From an uncultured delta proteobacterium (GTDB lineage Bacteria; Myxococcota; Myxococcia; Myxococcales; Myxococcaceae): a stretch of 64,000 bases of DNA. Positions 26,912 through 37,054 of this stretch are shown here, piece after piece. Location of the stretch: positions 928,001 to 992,000 of the forward strand of contig CAVQKE010000004.1 of assembly GCA_963713045.1 (NCBI GenBank). Reading direction: 5' to 3'. Both the position numbers and the translations under genes were made by a program. Below the pieces are notes generated by a model. It made no database searches. It was not told the DNA's origin and was given only the letters and a program-made list of their open reading frames with translations. How positions within the stretch are numbered: position 1 is the stretch's first letter; the number at the start of each line of letters is the position of its first letter.

Positions 26912-27375
26912 AGCCGCTTGCGCATCTCGACGTGCTCGATGCCGGCTTCCTCGAAGACCGGCCCCACCGGCTCATACCCATGGCCCCGGTAGAAGCCGAG
27001 GGCATGCAGCTGGGCATGCATCAGGATGCCCTGCAGCCCACGCCGCCGCGCTTCCGCCTCGAGGGCGGACAGCAGTCGACTGCCAACCCCTGCCTTTCGG
27101 TGGGCCTGAAGCACGGCCATTCTGCCAACATGGCCCCATTCCCCAGAATCGCCGGACACCGGGGCGGAGAGCGGCACCAAACGTCCGGTCCCCACGGCGT
27201 GCCCCCCTTGGAAGGCGAGAAGGTGGAAGGCGCGCGCGTCCTCTGCGTCCCTCTCAATGCCCTCCGGCACATGTTGCTCCTCGATGAAGACCACCTCGCG
27301 GATGGCGAGGGCTTGCATCAATTCCGCTTCATCGCGGACCGGGGAGATGGCGATGGGAGGGTCAGCTTCGGCCAT
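26908..27375 (-). CDS. GNAT acetyltransferase (ElaA/YjcF-like)
   Basis: IREVVFIEEQHVP, VGRMAVL..RKAGVG, HAQ..FY, FEEAGIEH. Confidence 0.88.
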   Translation of the reverse strand: MAEADPPIAISPVRDEAELMQALAIREVVFIEEQHVPEGIERDAEDARAFHLLAFQGGHAVGTGRLVPLSAPVSGDSGEWGHVGRMAVLQAHRKAGVGSRLLSALEAEARRRGLQGILMHAQLHALGFYRGHGYEPVGPVFEEAGIEHVEMRKRL

Positions 27376-27479
27376 TGCGGGCGCGGACCCTATGCGAGTC
27401 GGTCCACTCTGCACCAGCCCCCCAGAGAGGAGAGGGCGCGAAGTACAGCGGGCGTTCGAAACGAGGGGGCAGCCCGCCT

Positions 27480-27833
27480 CTAGCCCTTCCCCTTGTTTCC
27501 TTGGCCCGGCGCGAGGATGAGGAGGTCCCGTTTGCTTTCCACGTCCTTAAACGCTTCTGCCTCGGGCAAGGGGTCACGCTTCTCGGAGATGTTGGGCCAC
27601 TGCCGCGAGTACGTCTCGTTGATTTGCTTGTATTCCGCCCACTTCTCCGGAAGGTCTGCCTCCGGGAAAATGGCCTTCGTCGGACAGACCGGCTCGCACG
27701 CGCCGCAGTCGATGCATTCATCCGGGTGGATGACGAGGAAGTTTTCCCCCTCATAAAAACAGTTCACCGGGCACACCTCGACGCAGTCGGTGTACTTGCA
27801 CTTCACGCACGGCTCGGCGACGTAGTAGGCCAT
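27480..27833 (-). CDS. fdxA: FdxA-type dicluster ferredoxin
   Basis: [35 protein letters not shown]. Confidence 0.92.
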   Translation of the reverse strand: MAYYVAEPCVKCKYTDCVEVCPVNCFYEGENFLVIHPDECIDCGACEPVCPTKAIFPEADLPEKWAEYKQINETYSRQWPNISEKRDPLPEAEAFKDVESKRDLLILAPGQGNKGKG

Positions 27834-27949
27834 TGTCTATTCTCCCGCTTAGTGCGACTGCTCGGGGGCGGACACTAGAGCACACCCAGGTCGGACGGCC
27901 GAGCGCTTACTGACCGGCCAACCGCGCTGCTGCCGATGGGAGCCATTCC

Positions 27950-29020
27950 TCAAAGCAGTCCCTGGCTTTTCGCCAACTCGGCCACCAGAACGGCGCCCCG
28001 GGCCGCTCCGAGTTTGGTGTTGTGCGAGACGAGGACAAACTTGACGCCGTTGGGGAGGACCGCGTCTTCGCGCAGCCGACCCACGCTGGTGGCCATGCCC
28101 CCGTGGGTCTCCCGGTCCAGCCGTGGCTGAGGGCGGTCGGGGGCCTCCAACAGCTCAATCCATCGCGGCGGCGTCGACGGCAAATCGCGCGCGGTGGCGT
28201 CCCCTCTCCATTCTTGAAGGGCCGCGCGCACTTCGTCCAAGGTGGCCGGACGCTGCAACGAGACGGAGACCGCCTCGGTGTGTCCCTCCAGCACTGCCAC
28301 CCGGGTGCAGGTGGCGGAGAGGCGCAAAGGGTGGGGTTGCACCTCCTCCTGCCCGGGAGCCCAGCGGCCGAGAATCTTCCGCGTCTCCACCTCCACCTTT
28401 CCCTCCTCCTTCGGGATGAAGGGCAGCACGTTGTCCAACACCTCCAGGGCGGCCACGCCCGGCGAGCGCCCCGCCCCCGACACCGCCTGCAGCGACGTCA
28501 TGACGACGCCCTGGACACCAAAGCGCTCGACCAGCGGGGCCAGACTGACCACCAATCCGGTGGTGGTGCAGTTGGGGATGGGGGCCAGGTAGCCACGAAA
28601 CCCCCGCGCGCGCTGGGTGCGCACCAGACCCAGGTGACCTCCATTGACGGGCGGAAGAAGAAGTGGAACGTCGCGTTCATAACGGAAGGCGCTGGCGGTG
28701 CTGAAGACCGGTATGGCCCGCGCCGCACGCGGCTCAAGCTCGCGGGCCACGTCCGACTCCACCGCTGAAAAGGCCAAGTCGAAGGCCGCCGGCTCCACCG
28801 CCGCCGGGTCCGCCAGCACCAGGGAGGCCACTGCCGCCGGGATGGGCCCAGCGAGAAACCAACCGCCTTCGGAGAGTGCCTCGCCATAACGCCGGCCAGC
28901 ATTGCGCGGCGAGGCTGCCACTGCCGTCAATTCAAACCAGGGGTGGGACTCCAGCGCGGACACGAATTGCTGGCCGGCGAGGCCGGTGGCACCGAAAAGG
29001 ACTGCGCGCAACTTGCCCAT
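27950..29020 (-). CDS. asd: Aspartate-semialdehyde dehydrogenase (archaeal/fungal-like subtype)
   Basis: [13 protein letters not shown] active site, [28 protein letters not shown]. Confidence 0.92.
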   Translation of the reverse strand: MGKLRAVLFGATGLAGQQFVSALESHPWFELTAVAASPRNAGRRYGEALSEGGWFLAGPIPAAVASLVLADPAAVEPAAFDLAFSAVESDVARELEPRAARAIPVFSTASAFRYERDVPLLLPPVNGGHLGLVRTQRARGFRGYLAPIPNCTTTGLVVSLAPLVERFGVQGVVMTSLQAVSGAGRSPGVAALEVLDNVLPFIPKEEGKVEVETRKILGRWAPGQEEVQPHPLRLSATCTRVAVLEGHTEAVSVSLQRPATLDEVRAALQEWRGDATARDLPSTPPRWIELLEAPDRPQPRLDRETHGGMATSVGRLREDAVLPNGVKFVLVSHNTKLGAARGAVLVAELAKSQGLL

Positions 29021-29451
29021 GTGAATGCGGTGAGTGCCATCGAGCGCCCGCTCCCGTCAATGCACAACTGCCGCCTTGACGACCCGGGACGGTGCTTTGG
29101 TGCCGAAAAGACGGCTTCCTCCTGCAGGGGGGAGCCCAGCACCCCAGCCAACTGCCTGTTCCTGAATCTCGCTGCGCGCTTCCAGCGCTGGCGCTACGAA
29201 GACCACTCTGCAGCGAACTCGATGGGTAGAGGGCGACGCTCAGCGCACGGATGTCGTTCAGCTCAGGGGAGGGCTTCTTGAGACGCCAAAGAGCGACGAG
29301 TGTCAGCATCCGCACGGCAACCATTGGCGGGCTTCCTCAGCACGCAGCGTGCCGCGCCGCGGCGTCCTGATTCTCTGCACTTCGACTGGGGGTCCCGGGG
29401 TCGCCAAAGGTGACCTGAGTGACTGTTGACCTGGGAGACAGCGTCGGTGCC

Positions 29452-29931
29452 TCAGACGAATAGTTCCGTCACCTCACCCTCAACGACCGGGAGAAGCCGC
29501 GAGTCTTCCAGAGCTGCTGTGCGATGCCCAATGCCCGCCAGGTACGCTTCATCAGCCCCGAAGGCCATGAAGGCGCTGACGCTTCGTTGGCGAATGAGCA
29601 TCACGGCGTCCCAACGTTCGTCACTCGGCCCGATGAGAAACGTTCCACCCTGCCCCAAGAAAACCATCTCGCCACCGGACTTTTCCAAGTGGGGAGCCGT
29701 GTGCTCGGCATACAGCCGATATGCAGCGGCACCGCTGATGGGGTTCTTGGGGGCGAGATTCGGTGTCGCCGAATAGTCGGCAACCTTCCGAAACCGCAGC
29801 AGGTTGAGGATGACAACGGTGCCTGAGATGTTGCGGTGGACCAGGGCGCGGCCCGACTCTTGGGTCGGTTGGAGGTATCGCTGGCGACCAGCCACTCCCG
29901 TCGTTCCTGCTAAGCTTCGCGGCTTCTTCAT
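29452..29931 (-). CDS. DUF1330-like protein
   Basis: VVILNLLRF..SGAAAY..LIGP..WD..HRTAALEDSRL. Confidence 0.75.
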   Translation of the reverse strand: MKKPRSLAGTTGVAGRQRYLQPTQESGRALVHRNISGTVVILNLLRFRKVADYSATPNLAPKNPISGAAAYRLYAEHTAPHLEKSGGEMVFLGQGGTFLIGPSDERWDAVMLIRQRSVSAFMAFGADEAYLAGIGHRTAALEDSRLLPVVEGEVTELFV

Positions 29932-30053
29932 CTGAGCATCGCCTCCGAGACAAACCACAGCGTTTTGCAGCGGAGCTCCAGGTCAACCATCCCGAGCCTT
30001 CTCGGCCGCCGCTGCGTCGGCGTGTCACGGGTCGGCGTGTGTCCGTCTTGAGG

Positions 30054-30422
30054 CTACGTCGGCCCAATGACCTGCTGGAGAGCGGTCACGGTCGCTTCGG
30101 GCTCTGCCACGTCAACCACCAGTTCAGCATACCGATGGCCTTCGGTGGTGAGCGTTACAGCTTTCTCGCCCTTTCCCACAACATCCCAGAACGCCCATCG
30201 CCCGTCGGAACGGTAGGAACCCGCGGTGATGAGCCATGGGACAGCGGTTCCAGGCAGCCGCAGGCTGTGGCGGAGCCGCGTCCCGGCATCTGGCGTCACC
30301 CCAACCTGCACGCGCTTGAGCTGGCCCCTCGGTATTCGCACCTCGCGCTTAAACGCCCACAGCGCATGAAGGCCGCGCGGGCGGATGACCACTTCGGTTG
30401 GGGTGATGTCGACCGTGACCAT
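30054..30422 (-). CDS. Hypothetical protein (bacterial PH-like)
   Basis: 122 aa; LRLPGTAVPWLITAGSY..FWDV..YAELVVDVAEP is a recognisable small-protein pattern. Confidence 0.7.
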   Translation of the reverse strand: MVTVDITPTEVVIRPRGLHALWAFKREVRIPRGQLKRVQVGVTPDAGTRLRHSLRLPGTAVPWLITAGSYRSDGRWAFWDVVGKGEKAVTLTTEGHRYAELVVDVAEPEATVTALQQVIGPT

Positions 30423-30644
30423 CTGCTGAACCTAGCAGACGGGAAAAGGGGGCCCTCCGGTGGTCAACGACCAAAACACTTGGCTCGCCGCCGCACTGTT
30501 TCAACGCCAGCGACAAGGCGGTGCGAAAGGTTAGACACCTCAGCCCCGTTGGGCAGGGCGTCTCCGCTTTGACTTGCCCCTCGCTGACACGAAAGCTGAC
30601 TGTCCGGCTTCAATTCACGAGGGACCGCACAGGGAGTGTGACTT

Positions 30645-31020
30645 GTGAACTTCCGAGCGATGATGATTTTCGGTCGTCGCGGCGCTGCCTTTTGCGTTGG
30701 CCTTCGTGTTCGTCGCCAGGCTGGTGCTCGCCGTCTTTGGAATTGAGACGAACGTCGGCGGCATTTTCATCTCCCATGTCTTTGGGGCGTTGCTCCTCCT
30801 GGTCGGGCTCCTCTATTTCTTCGCCAGAGACACGAAGGACGCCGCGGCGCAGCGCGCCATCGTCCTTTCCTCTCTCGTTGGCGATGCAGTCGGCTTGGTC
30901 TTCGTCGTGTGGGCGATGCTCGACGGCGTCGCGAACGCGCTCGGCTGGGCCATCGTCGCTCTCTACCTCGCGCTGGTGCTTGGTTGGGGCTATTGGCTGT
31001 TCGCCAAACGAGCGGTTTAG
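30645..31020 (+). CDS. Small four-TM membrane protein (probable frameshift near 30668)
   Basis: ORF 30697-31020 is hydrophobic (NALGWAIVALYLAL). The upstream GTG-AAC-TTC-CGA-GCG-ATG-ATG-ATT joins SVVAALPFALAF with a one-base correction in a T-run. Confidence 0.6.
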
Positions 31021-31106
31021 AGGAGCCAGAGCTCTCACCCCGCCCCTCAGGCTGGAAGGCGGAGTCGCGTGAACGGGCAGGTCGACGCGATTCGACAGCG
31101 AGGTGG

Positions 31107-33290
31107 CTAGCCTCCCAGTCGAAGCCGAATGCCGCCATGAATGAACCTGGGCTGACCGACGGTGTCCACGCCCGCGCGTCCGACAAGGTATTGCGTATTG
31201 AAGAGGTTCTCGACGCCGACGTACAGGTCGAGCGTCGGGATGATGTGCCATGCCGCAAAGACATTGACGAGGAGTGCCTGTCCCATCGGCAGCGTGTTCA
31301 GGTCGTCCTCATACTCAAGCCCGATGTAGTTGAGCTGGATGCTGACGGTGAGGAATCGGGGGTCGTCGAAAGCCGCCGAAAGGTTGGCGCGCTGGCTCGG
31401 GTCTTGGGGCAATTGCTTGCCAACCAGCTGTGGATTCCCCGGCGCCGCGACGACCCTACTGTCCGCAAACGTGTACGCAGCGCCGATGTACCATCGTGGC
31501 GAGATGCGCCAGTCGAGGCTCGCTTCGAGCCCTGGAATGTTCGCCTGACCGAGATTCTTCTTTTGCGCGTTTGGCCCGATGCAAACCGTGCCCGGAGTCC
31601 CGGTTGGGGTTCCTGGAAATGAAGGACAGGTGACGTTGACGATGGGATTCTCGAGCGCGTTCCAGAAGCCGGTCACCCGGAGCACCAGCCCGGCAGGAAG
31701 TGTGAAATCGAGCCCGGCCTCCCCGCCCCACAAGGTTTCAGGGCCGAGGTATGCGTTTCCAAAGGTCTTGATGGTGCCCACCTGGAACGACCGATAAAGC
31801 TCGTCAAGTGTTGGAGCGCGGAAAGCCTTGTAGACCGCTGCTCGGAAAGTCAGCCAGGGGACGAGTCGCGCCCGCACCCCCAGCTTGGGGTCCAGTTGCC
31901 CATCCGTTCGGTTCAAATAGTCGAACGTCGGCAGAGTCGTCCCGCTCCCCAGAGTTTGGGAAAGGGTGCCCTGGGTGTTGGCCCAGTAGTCGTAGCGCAG
32001 GGCCGCGACAACTTCGACCGTCTCCGTCACGTCGTAGACGTCTTGCGCAAAGACGCCGAACAGCTCTTGTTTGCCTCCGGTGTTCTGCTGCACGACGCTG
32101 GTGGGCGTCACTTTGACTGGGTAGAGAGTCTCGTCGGCCTGTCCGCTGATCCAGCGGGCGTCGATGCCTGCCGTCACCGTGTGCTGCCCGGCAAGCGGCA
32201 ACGAGCGACTCGTCCAGAGGAGGCCAACCCCGAAGTCATTCGTGGGCACCTGTTGGTGAGTGGAAAGCGACTCTTCTTCGCGACCTGCTGTCACGGAAGC
32301 GCGGTTCTGCACAAATTCTCCGACGTGGCCGAAAATCGCGAGGTCCAACGTCCCCACGTCGCCCGGGGCATAGCGCGCGCTCGCCGAGTAGCTCCCCTGT
32401 CTGACGACCGAGGTTGTGAACTCGGTTCCCCCGTTCTGATTCTCGTAAAAGTAGCCGCCTCGCAGGTTCAGGGCGAGCTCCTTCGTCGCCTGCACCACCA
32501 CCCGCCCGTTGGCCACCGCGTGCTGCGTCGGGGTGGGAGTGTCAATCGGGCCCCGGTCGTATGGAGCGACCACGTAATAGCCCTCTGAGGTCAGGAAATC
32601 GCCTTCGAGCGCGGCGCCGACGGGCCCATACCGGTCCGAGGCCCAGACGCTCAGCCGGCCGGTGTTCTCCGACCCATAGTCGGCGACCGCGTCGAGCGTT
32701 TGCGGTGTGATGGGACGTGAGATGACCTGGAGGACGCCGCCCAATGCATAGTTCCCGTAGAGGGCAGAGCCGCCTCCCGGAACGACCTCAATTCGTGCGA
32801 TGCCGAGCGGCGGGATGGACCGCCAGTAAACCCAGTCACCAAAAGCGTCATTGGCCGGAACCCCGTCAACCAGGACCAGGCTTCGCGAAATTGCCGACGG
32901 CCCGACTCCGCGAAGACTGACTCCCTCGGACGTGGGGTCGGAGCCGATGCTGCTCGACCTCCGAAAGGTGTCGAATGTCGGGACTGCTTGCAGGAGCTGG
33001 TCCACCGTCTCGCTGGCGCTCCGGTCGATGGTGGCGCTGTTCACCACTGTCACATCCGCCGGGACGTCACGGAGCTTTTCAGGGCTGCGCGTCGCTGTGA
33101 CGACGGTCTCTTCCCCCCAGAGCGTGGGGCCGCCGTCGGCGGACGTCGAGGACGCACTGACGGGCTTCGATTGAACCGCCAGTGGCTGGCCCGCGTCCTG
33201 TGCCTCGCTGACCTCAGTGGCCCTCGCCTGGGTCGAGATGAGGACCGTGAAAATGAGGAGTAGCCGCCTCCCACGGCCGTTGTCACTCAT
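31107..33290 (-). CDS. TonB-dependent outer membrane receptor
   Basis: Signal peptide, TonB box EETVVTATR, plug LVLVDGVP..RIEVVPGGGSALYG..GGV, barrel FRAPTLDELY, VENLFN. Confidence 0.92.
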   Translation of the reverse strand: MSDNGRGRRLLLIFTVLISTQARATEVSEAQDAGQPLAVQSKPVSASSTSADGGPTLWGEETVVTATRSPEKLRDVPADVTVVNSATIDRSASETVDQLLQAVPTFDTFRRSSSIGSDPTSEGVSLRGVGPSAISRSLVLVDGVPANDAFGDWVYWRSIPPLGIARIEVVPGGGSALYGNYALGGVLQVISRPITPQTLDAVADYGSENTGRLSVWASDRYGPVGAALEGDFLTSEGYYVVAPYDRGPIDTPTPTQHAVANGRVVVQATKELALNLRGGYFYENQNGGTEFTTSVVRQGSYSASARYAPGDVGTLDLAIFGHVGEFVQNRASVTAGREEESLSTHQQVPTNDFGVGLLWTSRSLPLAGQHTVTAGIDARWISGQADETLYPVKVTPTSVVQQNTGGKQELFGVFAQDVYDVTETVEVVAALRYDYWANTQGTLSQTLGSGTTLPTFDYLNRTDGQLDPKLGVRARLVPWLTFRAAVYKAFRAPTLDELYRSFQVGTIKTFGNAYLGPETLWGGEAGLDFTLPAGLVLRVTGFWNALENPIVNVTCPSFPGTPTGTPGTVCIGPNAQKKNLGQANIPGLEASLDWRISPRWYIGAAYTFADSRVVAAPGNPQLVGKQLPQDPSQRANLSAAFDDPRFLTVSIQLNYIGLEYEDDLNTLPMGQALLVNVFAAWHIIPTLDLYVGVENLFNTQYLVGRAGVDTVGQPRFIHGGIRLRLGG

Positions 33291-33424
33291 GCAGCTGCTC
33301 TCCAAGGTGCATCCCGGATGCTTCGAGGGCCAACCGACGACGCGTCAGTCCAGTTCATCCAGGGGAGCCCGCGCCAGGCGCATTTTTGAGGACGCCTTGA
33401 ACGCGCCCAGCGCGAAACGCGGCT

Positions 33425-35041
33425 TCACTGCACCCGGAAGGCGTACACCGTACCGTTGGCCGGGACGTAAATGCTGCCCCTGGCGACGAGGGGCGCCACC
33501 CAGTGGATGACGCCGGGCATTGCTGTCGAGATGACGATGGTCGCCCCCGTTTCCCCGTCCACGCCGTGGAGCTTGCCGTCCCCACCCCCGGAGGCGCCCA
33601 GCCCCCAGACGACGGCGTCGCTGGTGCCGTCACTTGTCGTCACGACGGGGGAGCCGCCGTTGTCCGCGCCTCCCACGCCTTGACTGACGCAAAACGCCTG
33701 CGACACGGAAGGGGGGCTGTCTGCGCTTACCTTCAGAACACCCAAGGTGTCACCGTTACCGTCGCAGGGCGCGTTGTAGACGACGTACCGTCCGGACGTC
33801 GTCTCGTAAGTGGCCATTCCGCCGCTGGCGTCGTCGGATGCGACGTTGGCGAGGTGCGCGAGCGGCGGGTTTGGGGTGTAGAAGCCGCCGAGGTTGGCGC
33901 GGTCGATGAGCCAGGCGTCGTGCGACTTGCCGATGCACAGCGCGAGGTGTCCAGAGCCGGCGCCTTCCAACTCGAAGAGGACGGTGCCGTTGCTTCCGAA
34001 GTCTGCGTCGTCCTGCGACAGCGTTGGCCAGTTGTTGAAGGCAAAGTAGTCGGCCGGCTGCCCGCTGAACGTCAGCGCAGCGGAGTCAAGGCGTAAGAGG
34101 GCGTCGGAGTTGCCAGCGTCCCAGGTGTCTTGCGGGCCCTCACCGTTGCCGGTCACGACAAAGAGGGATGCACCGTCGGTGGCGATGCCGTTGGGAGCCC
34201 AGATGGCAGCGCCCCGGCCGGGCGGCTGGTAATAAAACAGGCCCGCCGGCGCCGTCGACAAAGGAACGGCCATGACAAAGCCCCAATTGTTGCCGCAGTC
34301 GCCGAAATAGCCGCCGAAGGGGATGTAGACGACGTCATTGAGGAGCAGGAGCCCGGCACGCTGCCCTTGGAACACCGCGCTGAACTGCGGGACGGTGTTG
34401 TCGACGTCGACCTGCCACTGCGTTGCTCCGGTGTCGATGGAGAGCCCGAAAATGATGTGGTGTGGCGTCGTGGAGTTGGCGGGCACGTCCAGCGTCCCGA
34501 CCACCACCAGCTCGCGGCGAGCGACGTCCAAAACGGGGGTGCTGGTGATGCCGAGGGGGCTAATGTTCCCACAGCCGAACTGGCTTCCGGGAACGCCGGC
34601 GCCGAGTGCGGCGGTCCACAGGACCGCGCCGGCCGCCGCGTCAATGGCGTAGACGTTGTTCTCTTCCGTCGCGACGAAGAGGACGTCCTTGCCGTTGAGT
34701 CCGTTTTCAAGGAAGAGGGGGGAGGCATAGACTTTCCCCGTAATCTTCGGTGCGAAGGCGGAGTCGGCCGTCAGGCCGCCCGCCGTTTGGATGGCCGCAA
34801 GCTTGGCCTTGGTGAAGGCCGCGTCGACGTAGAGCGAGTCGCGGCTGCCGTTGACACCGAAGGTGGCGATGGCCAGCGCCGCGCCACCGTCGGGTAGCAT
34901 TCCCGCGTCCGGCGTGCCGGCGCCGGAGCTTCCCCCCGCGTCTGGGGTCGCACCGGTGGCTAAGGTCCCCACCGTTCCCGGACAACCGGCGACGCCAAGC
35001 GCGAACAAACCTAAGACCGAAGCGCGCCTCAGGTGGCACAT
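33425..35041 (-). CDS. PQQ-enzyme-like beta-propeller lipoprotein
   Basis: Lipobox GVAGC; VYASPL..VATEENNVYAIDAAAGAVLW, GITSTPV, IWAPNG..VVTGNG, DADFGS repeats. Confidence 0.75.
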   Translation of the reverse strand: MCHLRRASVLGLFALGVAGCPGTVGTLATGATPDAGGSSGAGTPDAGMLPDGGAALAIATFGVNGSRDSLYVDAAFTKAKLAAIQTAGGLTADSAFAPKITGKVYASPLFLENGLNGKDVLFVATEENNVYAIDAAAGAVLWTAALGAGVPGSQFGCGNISPLGITSTPVLDVARRELVVVGTLDVPANSTTPHHIIFGLSIDTGATQWQVDVDNTVPQFSAVFQGQRAGLLLLNDVVYIPFGGYFGDCGNNWGFVMAVPLSTAPAGLFYYQPPGRGAAIWAPNGIATDGASLFVVTGNGEGPQDTWDAGNSDALLRLDSAALTFSGQPADYFAFNNWPTLSQDDADFGSNGTVLFELEGAGSGHLALCIGKSHDAWLIDRANLGGFYTPNPPLAHLANVASDDASGGMATYETTSGRYVVYNAPCDGNGDTLGVLKVSADSPPSVSQAFCVSQGVGGADNGGSPVVTTSDGTSDAVVWGLGASGGGDGKLHGVDGETGATIVISTAMPGVIHWVAPLVARGSIYVPANGTVYAFRVQ

Positions 35042-35396
35042 TGGCCAGCAGCTTAGGCTGGAGTCCGACGGCCGGACAGTCCGACTGCCGACGGGTCGCT
35101 GGGGGCCGCAGTCTTGCTCCGGCGGTGGTGCAGAATTCTGGCCTCGCGTCGGGCAGTGCGACAAAACCCAGCACGGACCACATGGGCACTGGCTGGGCGG
35201 CAGAGCAACATAAAGCCGCGGTTGTGAAACTGGGCCATCCACGCCGACCCGCTGGTCGTGAGTTACTCGCGCTGTCGATGGCTCGCTCGCCCCATTGGGG
35301 ATTGTGCGCCCGGCTCGCTCAGGAGCTGCGTTCGTTTTTCGCCCAGTGGCATTGCACGATGGACGGATCATCGGACTGCGGGGACCACTCGCTTGC

Positions 35397-35875
35397 GTGA
35401 CTCTGCCGATTCCCGCATCGACCGTCGTTGTCCTGCTTTCGCTGACGACTGGACTTGCAAAGGCACAGCAGTCCCCCGTCCAGAGTTTGCCTGGAACTAG
35501 CTCCCTTCCGCCCGAGTCGTTCCCACCGTCGGCATCATTGGCTTCGAGGACGGTGGAGATCGAAGGCCGAGTCGTCGGCCCGGAGGGCGAAGCGATCGGC
35601 GAGGCGCGACTGACGATTGCCGACGCCAAGGGGATGGCGGTGGCGACGCCCGTCACCGACCAGGCCGGACGTTTTCGAGCGCCCGACCTGACGCCCGGCC
35701 GGTACACCATGGAGGTGAAGGCGGTGGGTTATGTGCCACGCAGTTGGCGCTGGAGGTCGAGGAATCGATTCACGACCTCAGGGTCACTCTGAGGATCGTC
35801 GGTGCGAACGCATGTCGAACTATGTATTGCTCAGCAGCTGCTCGGATGGTGGAAGCTGATAACCCGGGTGGCTAG
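35397..35875 (+). pseudogene. Stand-alone carboxypeptidase-regulatory-like domain (receptor N-terminal type), frameshifted
   Basis: Signal-like VVVLLSLTTGLAKA, IEGRVVGPEGEAIGEA..TDQAGRF..LTPGRYTMEVKAVGY. The last strands LEVEESIHDLRVTL are in another frame after about 35740. Confidence 0.55.
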
Positions 35876-36080
35876 CGCGCCGGCCGCTGCACGTTCCAAC
35901 GGAAGACCCGACGGGCGCACCCTCCGGGCCGCCCACATCGGCCGCCCGGCCGCAATTTCAGGAGCCGCAGTGTCGGCCGCCGCGGGTTGGCGTGCGCCCA
36001 TCTAGTCTTGAACCGGGATGTATCCTCAGCGAGGCTGACATTTGCGTCCCTAATTTCTGGGCGCGCGTCAGGAGATACCT

Positions 36081-36776
36081 GTGGTCGCCATCCTCGGGGG
36101 ATTGCTGCTTGGTGTCTTGCTCGGGTTACGCCACGCCTTCGAGCCGGACCACCTTGCCGCCGTCTCTACGTTGGTCGCTGACCGCCAGAGTCCTCGCGCT
36201 GGGCTCTTCGTCGGTGCGGTGTGGGGGCTGGGGCACACCCTGGGGCTCCTCGGTGTGGGCGGCGCCCTCGCAGTCCTGGAGAAAACTCTACCGCCATCGG
36301 TTGAAGAGGCTTTCGAGTGCGTCGTCGCCGGGATGTTGGTTCTCCTCGGACTCCGTGGCCTCGTCCGTGCAGCCTCCGCAGGCTCTTTGGGGCCCAGCGA
36401 TGTGCACAGCCACGGCGAAACACGCCATGTTCATCCAGCTTCGCCGGACGGCCATCTGCATCTCAGTCGTTGGACGTTTGCCCCGCGACCCCTCGCCATC
36501 GGAATAGTCCACGGACTCGCCGGAAGCGGTGCGCTAACTGCACTTGTGTTGGCACGGATGCCGACGCTTGCCGCACGGTTGGCGTACATCGGGCTCTTCG
36601 GCATCGGCTCAGTGATCGGAATGGGGCTGCTTACCGGGCTGGCGGGGGCTTCGCTCCGCCGCCTCAAGACAGGTGCTCCCTGGAATGCCTTACTCCTGGG
36701 TAGCACCGGTGCGCTCTCGTTGGTGCTCGGCTGCTGGTGGGGCTGGAAGTCGGTACAGGCCCTGCTTTCCGCCTAG
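36081..36776 (+). CDS. UreH/NicO-like nickel-cobalt transporter
   Basis: GLRHAFEPDHLAAV, WGLGHT, His-rich loop HSHGETRHVH..HLH, GIVHGLAGSG. Confidence 0.85.
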   Translation: MVAILGGLLLGVLLGLRHAFEPDHLAAVSTLVADRQSPRAGLFVGAVWGLGHTLGLLGVGGALAVLEKTLPPSVEEAFECVVAGMLVLLGLRGLVRAASAGSLGPSDVHSHGETRHVHPASPDGHLHLSRWTFAPRPLAIGIVHGLAGSGALTALVLARMPTLAARLAYIGLFGIGSVIGMGLLTGLAGASLRRLKTGAPWNALLLGSTGALSLVLGCWWGWKSVQALLSA

Positions 36777-36841
36777 TGTATTCGAGCGCTCGGCAGCACC
36801 AGCTTTCCCCCGATTTTCTAGAAGGAGAAGAAGGCGGAGAA

Positions 36842-36879
36842 AGCTTTGGCAACCCAGTGAGCCGATTGGTTGCCAAGCT
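36842..36879. repeat. Inverted repeat upstream of tRNA-Cys
   Basis: TTGGCAACC..GGTTGCCAA perfect 9-bp arms with AGCT flanks. Confidence 0.5.
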
Positions 36880-36943
36880 GGTTGTTCTGAGCCTGTACTT
36901 ACTTGTGCTGACAGCAGTAAAGGCTAGTAGTTTCGCGGTCTCG

Positions 36944-37015
36944 GGCGCCATCGCCAAGTGGTAAGGCAAGGGTCTGCAAAACCCTCATTCCCCGGTTCGA
37001 ATCCGGGTGGCGCCT
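36944..37015 (+). tRNA. tRNA-Cys(GCA)
   Basis: GGCGCCATCGCCAAGTGGTAAGGCAAGGGTCTGCAAAACCCT..GGTTCGAATCCGGGTGGCGCCT. Confidence 0.96.
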
Positions 37016-37054
37016 CTCGTCCCCTCGTCCTGGCCCGGAGGCCAGCTGCCTAAA

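Noticed and set aside
29105..29130. ACGGCTTCCT resembling a SAM/SAH riboswitch core near asd
   Set aside because: The flanking pairing segments are missing and it is on the wrong strand for asd.
33425..35710. 761-aa version of the propeller protein, and long N-terminal extensions of thrA, folD, the deaminase and rplJ
   Set aside because: The upstream parts are stop-free GC-rich run-ons or antisense to neighbours. Signal peptides and family N-termini mark the later starts.
36944..37015. tRNA-Cys as the attachment site of an integrated element
   Set aside because: The accessory genes lie on its 5' side, and I saw no integrase or duplicated tRNA 3' end.
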